This document shows, in pieces, positions 1-8,357 of a DNA stretch of 64,000 nt. Numbering within the stretch: the first letter of the stretch is position 1; each line of letters starts with the position of its first letter. Origin of the DNA: Candidatus Micrarchaeia archaeon (GTDB taxonomy: Archaea > Micrarchaeota > Micrarchaeia > CABMEP01); the NCBI GenBank assembly GCA_038881595.1, contig JAVZPM010000004.1:1-64000 (forward strand), written 5' to 3'. The notes beneath the pieces were generated by a model. It saw only the letters and a list, made by a program, of their open reading frames with translations, was not told where the DNA came from and searched no databases. A program made the translations under genes and the position numbers.

Positions 1-1166
1 TCTTTTACAGTAAGGAAAAATTGAGAAGAACTATCGTATTCTCTTTTTATCCACCTATTAGTAGTTCCACATGTTTCCATATCCCATGTCTTGTAAAGTA
101 AAGGTTCAATCTTATCTCTAGTTATTGTATCATTTTCACTAAAATCTGAAATATAGCTGAAACTTATATCAAAATTTTTCATTAAATGAATCATTAAATA
201 TAGCGAATAAATTCTCTCTTGCACATAAAAGCCGATTGTTTCTGCATCTGTATGAATTGTGAATCTTATTTCCTCTCCAGATTTCATCTTATCCCAATAA
301 GGATAAGGTTGTGGTTTAGCAACACTTTCAAAAAGTCTTGTGAAATACCAAAATCCTACTTCTTTAGGATCTGAATTAGGTGGAAATGAAAATAACTTGC
401 GTGAAAAGTAATTGTTACTAAAAAATACATTAATACTTGACATCTTTCCATTTGTAAAATAGTTAATTTTATTCAATTTTCCAATGTCATAGAAACCGTT
501 CTGATTATGATAATCAGAATCTAGAACCGTTACAAAATCTATAAAATTCTCTGATTGTACTTTTGCAAGAGTACTTATCAATGATGGAGAAACTGCACAT
601 TCTGGGATGTGAAGAGAGATATGTTTTTTCTTTAATTTAATATAAGAGAGAAATGCAGAAATAGATGAATTATACTCCTGATAAAGTAATTTTTCATCTA
701 ATAAAGGTGCAAAAGAGTGGTGGTATGAAGATATTCCGATATCTACCTCTCCATTTAAATAATATTGTGAAAGTTTATCTATAAAAATAGGATATCTATT
801 TTTGATTTCATCAAGAGTGATTTGAGGAAATGCAATAGTGATGGAATTTGGAAATTGCTCTGAGATTGTTAGTAAAGGAACATAACAATCAGTTAGTGCA
901 ATTGCAATAAGATTATCTTTTACTTTTCTTTCGATTTTATGTGCCTTAATTTTCTTATAAAAAGAATGAAAAAATGGATTTTCGTTATCTGGAAGTAATG
1001 GTTTTTCAGCTTTGAAAAGCCTATTACATCTAGGTTGATAAGCATTAAAAAGAAAAGAAACCTTAAGTCTTCCCTTCATAGTAGTAGAATATTCAATTAA
1101 TTTGTTGAAAAGCCATTTATTTTCTCTTTCCAACCAACCCATATATTCTGCTACGAAAGGTTCCAT
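1..1166 (-). CDS. Glycoside hydrolase family 57-like protein (3' end runs off the window)
   Basis: Not in the ORF track. Manual translation from ATG at 1166 gives MEPFVAEY...FLFNAYQP...IGISSYHHSFAPLL...LHIPECAVSP...FTIHTDAETIGFY, which matches the GH57 conserved regions (xxxQP, YHxxxPL, PE nucleophile, DxExxG acid/base). No stop was seen in the stretches translated. Confidence 0.7.
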   Translation of the reverse strand, partial: MEPFVAEYMGWLERENKWLFNKLIEYSTTMKGRLKVSFLFNAYQPRCNRLFKAEKPLLPDNENPFFHSFYKKIKAHKIERKVKDNLIAIALTDCYVPLLTISEQFPNSITIAFPQITLDEIKNRYPIFIDKLSQYYLNGEVDIGISSYHHSFAPLLDEKLLYQEYNSSISAFLSYIKLKKKHISLHIPECAVSPSLISTLAKVQSENFIDFVTVLDSDYHNQNGFYDIGKLNKINYFTNGKMSSINVFFSNNYFSRKLFSFPPNSDPKEVGFWYFTRLFESVAKPQPYPYWDKMKSGEEIRFTIHTDAETIGFYVQERIYSLYLMIHLMKNFDISFSYISDFSENDTITRDKIEPLLYKTWDMETCGTTNRWIKREYDSSSQFFLTVK

Positions 1167-1213
1167 AATTTATTTACTGTTTTGTATATTAAATACTTTT
1201 CTTTTAGAAGATT

Positions 1214-1327
1214 TTACTCCTCACTAATTCTGTATCCACACTTACTACAGACCCAAATCTTCGGAGGTGGGTTTTCATTCACCTGTCGCATCTCTCCTCT
1301 GCATAATGGACATTTTCTAGTTTCCAT
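1214..1327 (-). CDS. 37-aa zinc-ribbon microprotein
   Basis: Manual translation METRKCPLCRGEMRQVNENPPPKIWVCSKCGYRISEE*, with two CxxC pairs (CPLC, CSKCG). Below the ORF-track cutoff. Confidence 0.75.
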   Translation of the reverse strand: METRKCPLCRGEMRQVNENPPPKIWVCSKCGYRISEE

Positions 1328-1378
1328 CTTACCATCTAATGATTATATTGATTACAATTAATTGAATAATTTGACATT

Positions 1379-1900
1379 CTATTCTTTTAATTTATACCTG
1401 TCTATTCTTATTCTTTTTTCCTTAACGATTGAGTTTGAATCTTTACTCTTATCTAATAATTCTTTCTGATTAATTTGCTTAACAAGATTTTGATTGTCAA
1501 GTATTATATCTTTATCTTTAATACCGTTAAAGATTGTTCCTCTCCAAACTATATCATAGTGATAATTTCCTTTTCCAAATGCTTTTCTTATGAATTTTGT
1601 TGCCAGTTTTTCATCAAAATGTTTGCATGAAAATACGTCTATAAAACCATATTTGTATTCTGGCCAGGTCTGAATATGAATTCCACTTTCTGAAAGTATA
1701 TAAAATGCAGTTATTCCATTTTCTTCGGGTTTTTCTCCTTTAAATTGATAATTTAACCTGGGTTCTAATACTGTCAGCTCAAATTCTTTGCAAAATTCAA
1801 TTACAAATTTTTCTATAAAGTCTCTATCTGATAATTTTTTAACATCTTCATTATTTTCGAGAATAAATTCCCATGTGACATGTGGCATTTTTGGCATCAT
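1379..1900 (-). CDS. speD: Pyruvoyl-dependent S-adenosylmethionine decarboxylase family proenzyme (divergent)
   Basis: GITAFYILSES..I.TWPE...IDVFSC matches the class 1B AdoMetDC signature with the E/S self-cleavage site. Substrate is uncertain. Confidence 0.8.
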   Translation of the reverse strand: MMPKMPHVTWEFILENNEDVKKLSDRDFIEKFVIEFCKEFELTVLEPRLNYQFKGEKPEENGITAFYILSESGIHIQTWPEYKYGFIDVFSCKHFDEKLATKFIRKAFGKGNYHYDIVWRGTIFNGIKDKDIILDNQNLVKQINQKELLDKSKDSNSIVKEKRIRIDRYKLKE

Positions 1901-1907
1901 AATATAA

Positions 1908-1946
1908 TTATATTCGAAAAAAATATAAATTTATATTCGAAAAAAA
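1908..1946. repeat. 16-bp direct repeat TTATATTCGAAAAAAA, two copies, in the speD promoter
   Basis: Identical copies at 1908-1923 and 1931-1946, flanking a minus-strand TTTATA box. Confidence 0.8.
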
Positions 1947-1963
1947 GTAAAAAATCAAAAAAA

Positions 1964-3121
1964 CTATTGCTTTAATTTAAATTCCATTATTAAGGAATCG
2001 ACTTGAAATATATATGCAATTAATGCCGCTCTTATCCACATTCCATTTCTTTCTTGTCTCCAATAAACCGCTCTTTCATCTCTATCAACCTTTGGATCTA
2101 TCTCGTCTCTTCTAGGAAGTGGGTGCATTATTATACAGGAAGGTTTGATCAAATTTAGATGCTCTTGCTTGAAATAATATTTTGTATAATCAACATTTTT
2201 TGACTCGTTGTTTTTATCATATTCATCCTGTATTCGTGTCATATAAATTACATCTGCATCTTTTATTGCAGAATTAAAGTCGTATGTTTCAGTGTAAGGA
2301 ATATTGTGTTTTCTTAAGAATTCTAGTATATCAAGACCCATTCTAAATTCTTCTGGAGAAACATAAGTTATACGTACATTTTTGTAATTTTTCATTAGGT
2401 ATGAAAGTGACCGAACGGTTCTCCCTCTTTTTAGATCTCCTACCATAACTATATTCTTTCCATCTATTCCACCATCAAGAAGCCTTGTCATTGTATATAT
2501 ATCAAGAAGAGCTTGTGTTGGATGCTGATCTGTACCTGATCCAGCATTAATTATTGGGATTGGTCTGTTTGTTTCCGCATTCAAATGCCATGCTGCCTTT
2601 TCTACAAATCCGTCTTCTTTCATCCTCATTATCATCAAATGCACATAACTTGCAAAAGTTCTTATTGAATCTAATGGAGATTCACCTTTGGCAAAGGAAG
2701 AGGTTGAAACATCCCTTATTTCTGAAGTCTTCATACCTAAAATATGACATGCATTTTGAAAAGATAAGAACGTTCTACTTGAAGGCTGATTGAAAACTAG
2801 TATAGCACGCTTATCAAATAAAAGGTCTGAAACGAATCTATCTCCTTCTCTTGTTTTTGTAATTTCTCTTAACTTATCTGCAACAGAACATAGATAATCT
2901 AAAGATTCTCTATCAAATTGCTGTGCAAATAAAACATCATACACTCTTCCATTCTTAGAAAACAATGGTAATTTATCCTCTATTTTTAATTTAGAAAATT
3001 CATCCCAGCTTCCGTTTCTGAAATTAGCCCAACTACTATCCCATCTTGGCTTAGAATAAAGTCTGGAAGTTTTAACTTCTTCTAATTCATCTTGATCTGA
3101 ATCTAAAAATTTAATAACCAT
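1964..3121 (-). CDS. pyrB: Aspartate carbamoyltransferase catalytic subunit with an N-terminal extension
   Basis: PSSRT, INAG...HPTQALLD, GDLK.GRTV.SL, RIQ.E and MHPLPR motifs. Confidence 0.93.
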   Translation of the reverse strand: MVIKFLDSDQDELEEVKTSRLYSKPRWDSSWANFRNGSWDEFSKLKIEDKLPLFSKNGRVYDVLFAQQFDRESLDYLCSVADKLREITKTREGDRFVSDLLFDKRAILVFNQPSSRTFLSFQNACHILGMKTSEIRDVSTSSFAKGESPLDSIRTFASYVHLMIMRMKEDGFVEKAAWHLNAETNRPIPIINAGSGTDQHPTQALLDIYTMTRLLDGGIDGKNIVMVGDLKRGRTVRSLSYLMKNYKNVRITYVSPEEFRMGLDILEFLRKHNIPYTETYDFNSAIKDADVIYMTRIQDEYDKNNESKNVDYTKYYFKQEHLNLIKPSCIIMHPLPRRDEIDPKVDRDERAVYWRQERNGMWIRAALIAYIFQVDSLIMEFKLKQ

Positions 3122-3204
3122 TCTATCACCAAAAAAAAGATTTACTTATTAATTTATAAATTTTAAAAAACCACAGTTCAAGTTTTCTAAAATAAAATAG
3201 AGTC

Positions 3205-4455
3205 TTATTTATATTCATTAATATTTCCATAAAGTAAACCTTTTCGGCTAAGTTCGCCTGCCAATTTAATTATTTTTTCGTTTACTACTCCACGATTTTC
3301 TTTTGAAAACACTGTCTGTGGTAATGGGAAAAATCGATGTGCATGAATAATTGCACCTTTAGACGTAAGATCTTTAATCATTTGAATCGTAGAAGTTACA
3401 TCTTCTTCATTTTCCCCTGGAAGACCAAAAATAAAATCTATATGGGGGATCAAATTTTTCTTTAAGCAGACATCTACTGCCCGATAAACGTCTTCAGCTG
3501 TATGCCCTCTATTGATCTCCTTTAAAAGTCTGTCACTTCCAGTCTGTGCTCCGAAAATAATGTTTCTGTTTGAACCGTATTTTAAAACAATATCAACCGT
3601 TTCTTCTGTAACATGTTCTGGTCTTACCTCTGAAGGAAAAGAACCAATAAATTGTCTACCACCGGGTTTTATTAATTCGAAAATTTTTGAAAAAAGAGAT
3701 TCCAATGCATCAATATTTACCTTTTTTCCATCGTTTGAACCATAAGCAAAAGAATCTGGTGAAATGTATCTTATATCACGTAATTTATTTCTTCGCATTA
3801 TTTTTACCCATTCTAAAATTGAATCTTCGGATCTATGTCTTACATTAGCTCCAAAAAGCTGAGGTGTTTGACAATAATAGCAGCAAAAGGGACAACCTCT
3901 AGTTATTTCTATTGGACCAAACTTTGAATACTTTAATGAAAATGGAGGAAAATTATCTAGATTTATTTTATTTGATCTACCTGTAAATATATATTCATCT
4001 CCTTCTTTGTAAAATAATCCTTTGACTTTAAAATAATCGCCATTATTTATAACTCTCCTTAAAAATTCTGGAAATGACTCTTCAGATTCGCCTATAAAGA
4101 CGAAATCAAATCCTAACTCTAGAGTACCTCTAGGATCTCCAGAAGGATGTGGACCTCCTGCAATAAAAATTAATTTACTTGGATTATTTATAGCTCTTTT
4201 TATCTCTAGCAAAGAGGACATCAACTTCGCAACTTTATTCACATTTACAGTAAAAAATGAAAATGCAACTATTATTTTGTCATACGATTCCTGTTTATTT
4301 TTTAATAGAGTGACTATTTCACTTTCCTTTGATGCAAAATAAACATCTAAATTTATATCTTGATTAGCCTCTAAAGCCCCCAAAAGAGAATTAAAACTGT
4401 TTCTGTTTTGATTTGTATAATTTATTATGAGTGCTATTTTATTATTTTTAGGCAT
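3205..4455 (-). CDS. B12-binding domain/radical SAM protein (TIGR04013-like)
   Basis: GGPHPSG...GESE B12-binding region, EITRGCPFCCYYCQTP (CxxxCxxC), GSFPSEVRPE and GAQTGS motifs. Confidence 0.85.
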   Translation of the reverse strand: MPKNNKIALIINYTNQNRNSFNSLLGALEANQDINLDVYFASKESEIVTLLKNKQESYDKIIVAFSFFTVNVNKVAKLMSSLLEIKRAINNPSKLIFIAGGPHPSGDPRGTLELGFDFVFIGESEESFPEFLRRVINNGDYFKVKGLFYKEGDEYIFTGRSNKINLDNFPPFSLKYSKFGPIEITRGCPFCCYYCQTPQLFGANVRHRSEDSILEWVKIMRRNKLRDIRYISPDSFAYGSNDGKKVNIDALESLFSKIFELIKPGGRQFIGSFPSEVRPEHVTEETVDIVLKYGSNRNIIFGAQTGSDRLLKEINRGHTAEDVYRAVDVCLKKNLIPHIDFIFGLPGENEEDVTSTIQMIKDLTSKGAIIHAHRFFPLPQTVFSKENRGVVNEKIIKLAGELSRKGLLYGNINEYK

Positions 4456-4592
4456 CTTCTCACAATATTATACAAAATAGCTAAGGTTTTTAATCTTATT
4501 TTGTGTAATAATAAGGTAGTTTCTAATCCTAAAGAAAGTATCTATTAATCATTAAAAAATAGTAAAAATCGTATTTAATTCAAAGTGAAAAT

Positions 4593-4835
4593 ATGAAGAA
4601 AATAAAAATGTCAAAACAAAATAAATACAAAAAAGATAGAATATCTAAATTCGGTAGTGTTAAAAATGAAGAAATTATAAATAACAAAACTGAATATGTA
4701 AATCCCATAGAAACAAATATAGTAATAAGGAAAATCAGCGATATTGAAAAAAGAAAAGAATTAATTAAGATAGCGAAAAAAATTGTTAAAGAAATTGGCG
4801 ATGAAGATCCACATGCTGGTGGATTATTGTTTTAA
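4593..4835 (+). CDS. Hypothetical protein
   Basis: 80-aa ORF with AGTGA upstream. No recognisable motif. Confidence 0.5.
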   Translation: MKKIKMSKQNKYKKDRISKFGSVKNEEIINNKTEYVNPIETNIVIRKISDIEKRKELIKIAKKIVKEIGDEDPHAGGLLF

Positions 4836-4852
4836 TTTTTTTTGGCTGCAAT

Positions 4853-5084
4853 TCATTTCTTTTCCATTTTTCTCTTTCTCTCAGCGTGTTCTATTATATC
4901 TATCCACAATTCTATTGATCGAGATATTGATTCATACCTATATGAATTTATTTTCTTGAACCAACCATCATCTAAGGTTGATATTTTTACTTTGTCTTTC
5001 AGTTTTTTTTGCAGCCAACTCAAGGTTTTCTAAATTATTTATTGTCCTGTTTTTAAAAGAAAATTTTGAGTTGAATTCTTTCAT
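4853..5084 (-). pseudogene. Small hypothetical gene frameshifted in an A8 tract
   Basis: ATG at 5084 follows AGGAGGT and the frame stops at 4968. Removing one A from the A8 run (5003-5010) gives a continuous 76-aa ORF ending at 4853. Confidence 0.45.
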
Positions 5085-5119
5085 ATTTATCTAATACCTC
5101 CTTAAGATTTAGAAAAACA

Positions 5120-5605
5120 TTATCTTGCTCCACCACCTCCAGCTCTCCCGCCACCACTTGATCTGCCACTGCTCATATAAGCGGAAACGGTTCCTCGCGT
5201 TGAATTGGAAATGGAAACAGCAAACACTGCGTATGATTTGAGCCTTACGTTTGATTTGTACTCTGGTACTATCACATCCATTGCTTTAACTACTTGATCG
5301 GCTATTCCAAAAGCAGTAGCATAAACTAAAAGCCGCTCCCAGAGTATCACATCTTTTATTCCTTTCTCCTTCATCAATGTAAGCTCTTTCATAAATTTAT
5401 AATATCTTAGAATCTTTTCATGCATGATTCTTCCTTCCCTGGACCATCTGCCTAGCAAATCTGGTCTCATATTTGTAATAAGTAACAAAAACGAATAGCC
5501 GAATATAGCAATGAACAATAATAGTAAGAAGATAAGAAGCGTGGGGAAGAATGGAACCATGAACATTAAGCTTCCTAAGGATACAAAAAACAATAGTGAA
5601 ACCAA
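5120..5605 (-). pseudogene. C-terminal fragment of a DUF2207-family membrane protein
   Basis: LWERLLVYATAFGIADQV.KAM and the Gly/Ser-rich tail GGGRAGGGGAR are the DUF2207 C-terminus. The large N-terminal domain is absent and the frame is closed upstream by TGA TGA. Confidence 0.7.
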
Positions 5606-5795
5606 TATTCATCAGATTTTGACCTGTTATGTCTAAATATTATCCTATTAGCGATAGATTTTTAAGCTTTAAAATTATATAATATTTTACCAATTTTAAC
5701 TTAATTATAAATAAAGAAGATCTATTTTTACCATAATTGCGGTATAAATAGAGATGCATTATAAATCATAATCTACTAAAAATAGGGGTGAAAGA

Positions 5796-6361
5796 ATGAA
5801 AAATCTAATCAGAAAAAGTGTAACTGGCATTGCATTATATTCAATGATTACATCTGGATTGAATGCTGAGTCAAACATCTATGCAAGAAAAGAACCATTG
5901 ATCGAAGGAAAGATGGAAACTGTTAAGCAATATGGAACAGGTGAATTTGAAAAAGTATCTTTTGATTTAAAGGCAAATTTCGAAGTTCCAATTCCAACTA
6001 CAAAGACAGTTGTAATTGATGAAGTCGCTGGAAAAGAGATAAATGATAATAAATATGCAACAAGAGAAATAAAATTTAAAGAAGCTATAAAGTACTATGA
6101 ATTGACTATAACATTCTTTTCCTACTCATATACATTTAAAGATCAAAGCGCTGTATTTTTGATAAGCAATGGAGAAGACGAAAAAAAGTACAAGTAGGAT
6201 TAGGAAAAGAAGAAATCTTTGATTATGCTATTCCTGATCATGAAAGAACATATAGATTACACATAAAATTAGAGGAACTTAATATAAAGGAAGGAAAAGT
6301 ACGAATAAAGCTTCTAAGAGAAAAAATAAAACCTGAAAATTTAAACAATACCCCCCAGTAA
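5796..6361 (+). CDS. Secreted beta-rich hypothetical protein interrupted by a -1 frameshift at an A7 tract
   Basis: GGGGTGA RBS and a signal peptide ending ..GLNA/ES. The 0 frame stops at 6197. The -1 frame from A_AAA_AAG (6182-6188) stays open to TAA at 6361 (VQVGLGKEEIFDY...YRLHIKLEEL...KVRIKLL). Confidence 0.65.
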
Positions 6362-6391
6362 AAACTAAATGGCTAAATTATATAAAAATAA

Positions 6392-6973
6392 TTAAATCCT
6401 TAATAGAGAATATCTATATATCTTTGGCTTTTTCATTTTTTTTAACCCCAATCTCTGTTCCATTATTTCAAGCATCGATGATAATGTAAAGGAACTTACA
6501 CCAAGGGATTTTAGATATTCTATCTCTTCTTTGAGTTTATGTTTCTGATCTTTTGCTATTTCAACTTCCCCAGACCAACCTAAGCTTCTTATATTTTCTA
6601 GAACATAGATCTTATTTTTTGATTTGTTTGTAAACATTACCCCTTTCTTTTTCTCTATTTCTATATATTTTTCATATCCTTGATTTTCTAAGAAATTAAT
6701 TGCAATTTGTAAATTTTTGAACTTCTTTTTTGACTCTGATTTAACTCCGTTCTTTCTCTCAAAAAATATCACTTCTGGCTTTAAGTTTGGAATTTTCCAT
6801 TTCCTAATCTTGGCAATTTTCTTTGATGAACGTTCGTGCTTAAAGTATATATCTGAAAATGCGTAAATTTTTATTTTATATCCTTCTTTCTTCCAAATGG
6901 AGGAAAGATTTTTTACTAGAGATGGACTTAAGAAAAAGCGCAACTCAAAATTTGATTTTGTTTTAGCTGCCAT
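6392..6973 (-). CDS. CYTH-domain (class IV adenylate cyclase/triphosphate tunnel metalloenzyme-like) protein, divergent
   Basis: FELRF, DIYF, KIRK, FLENQGY...IEK and LENIRSLGWSGEVE follow the CyaB/CYTH pattern. Confidence 0.6.
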   Translation of the reverse strand: MAAKTKSNFELRFFLSPSLVKNLSSIWKKEGYKIKIYAFSDIYFKHERSSKKIAKIRKWKIPNLKPEVIFFERKNGVKSESKKKFKNLQIAINFLENQGYEKYIEIEKKKGVMFTNKSKNKIYVLENIRSLGWSGEVEIAKDQKHKLKEEIEYLKSLGVSSFTLSSMLEIMEQRLGLKKMKKPKIYRYSLLRI

Positions 6974-7019
6974 CTCCTATCAGTTTTAAATTTTAATTAT
7001 ATTATAGACCCATATGCAA

Positions 7020-7193
7020 TTACTCTGAAATCTCAGATTGAGAATCTTCTTCAGCAAATGCCTTTATTTCATCAAAGTGTTGCACTATGAGTCTTGCCTT
7101 TGACTTTCCGAACTGAAATGGATATTTATCATTCTCATCTCTTTTAAGCACTATAAGTTTGTTTCCCTTGAATTCTGAATACTCTACTACCAT
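7020..7193 (-). CDS. 57-aa small protein, possibly a PC4-like nucleic-acid-binding fold
   Basis: GGGTGA RBS. Translation MVVEYSEFKGNKLIVLKRDENDKYPFQFGKSKARLIVQHFDEIKAFAEE... Not in the ORF track. Confidence 0.75.
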   Translation of the reverse strand: MVVEYSEFKGNKLIVLKRDENDKYPFQFGKSKARLIVQHFDEIKAFAEEDSQSEISE

Positions 7194-7343
7194 ATTTTCA
7201 CCCTAAAAATAGAAAACACGTTACTGCATGTTTTCCTCTTATAATTAATACATATATTATATTTAAAAAGTTATCTATAGTGTTTTTCCGGTGGACACGC
7301 AAAAATATTAAAATTAAAAAAAAATAAAAAAGAGAAGAAAAAA

Positions 7344-7538
7344 TTATTCCTTGAATTCAGCATATGCCAAATACAATGCTGATAAACCTACAAGGATGTA
7401 AATTATTTGTTGCAAAATTGGCATAAAGCCAAATATAAGTTTCACTAAGTCAAGGTTTAACAAACCTACTAAGCCCCAGTTTATGCCTCCAATTATAGTT
7501 AAGACAAGGGCAACCATTCCCAATGTGTCTTTTTTCAT
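7344..7538 (-). CDS. DUF378 family small membrane protein
   Basis: L.IIGGINWGLVG...DLV..IFG...IIYILVGLSALY signature. Confidence 0.9.
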   Translation of the reverse strand: MKKDTLGMVALVLTIIGGINWGLVGLLNLDLVKLIFGFMPILQQIIYILVGLSALYLAYAEFKE

Positions 7539-7646
7539 TATATCAACTCCGCGCTTTCGCGCAATAGATTTTTATTTATTATAATTTTTTTGAAATAATT
7601 TTTAAATCTTTTTGAAAAAATTTGAAACTTCGTCAAAAAACGTATT

Positions 7647-8357
7647 TTAATCCTTTTTATCTCTTTCATTTAGGATTCTTTCCACATGTTTCTTTATTTC
7701 TTTTGCACGAAAAATTGCAGACGATATTAATCTTGGTCCCTTTGAAAGATACAATGTTTGCTTATCAATTGCATGATATATTAAATGATTTAATATTGGA
7801 AATAGAATTCGATCCATTGACTTTATCTCTTTGCTATTTTCAATTGAGATTAAGTACTCATCAATCTTCCTCATTGCTAATAAATAGCTATTGTCATTTA
7901 TAGCATCTCTTTTACCTGCGAGAGCGAGGTCTGTGACTGTAACTAGATTTAAAGCTCTAGATGCTTTCATTCTTTCAACAGAGGCGAAAATTATAGGAGT
8001 ATACAAACCAAATGTTCTTATTTGACTAACAATATTAACTATATCAGTAGGGTTCTGATCTAAATCTAAAATAACTAAATCAGTTTCGCCATTTTTAATT
8101 AACTCACCTTGAATTTCGTTATTGTATATTAAAATAGAGAATTGAATCTTAAAATCACGGAATGAATTGCCGATCTCTTTTAATCGGATTGATATCATCT
8201 CTCTAAGATCCTTGTGCTCTTCAACACAAATGGCCTTATAGATTGGAAAGAGATCTGAACCTTCTTTTTGTTTTTGCTTTTCTATCTCTCTATTAAGATC
8301 CTTCCAATCTTTTTTTAGTGACATAAACTCACTCTTTATCCTTTCTTGATTTTTCAA
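7647..8357 (-). CDS. Divergent response-regulator receiver (REC) domain protein
   Basis: AICVEEH.DLREMI...DLVILDL...IVSQIR....TPIIFAS...A..AL follows the CheY-like beta1/beta3/beta4 pattern. Confidence 0.55.
   Translation of the reverse strand: MKNQERIKSEFMSLKKDWKDLNREIEKQKQKEGSDLFPIYKAICVEEHKDLREMISIRLKEIGNSFRDFKIQFSILIYNNEIQGELIKNGETDLVILDLDQNPTDIVNIVSQIRTFGLYTPIIFASVERMKASRALNLVTVTDLALAGKRDAINDNSYLLAMRKIDEYLISIENSKEIKSMDRILFPILNHLIYHAIDKQTLYLSKGPRLISSAIFRAKEIKKHVERILNERDKKD

Noticed and set aside
4842..5033. 63-aa plus-strand ORF
   Set aside because: TTG start with no RBS. It is better explained as the shadow of the frameshifted minus-strand gene.
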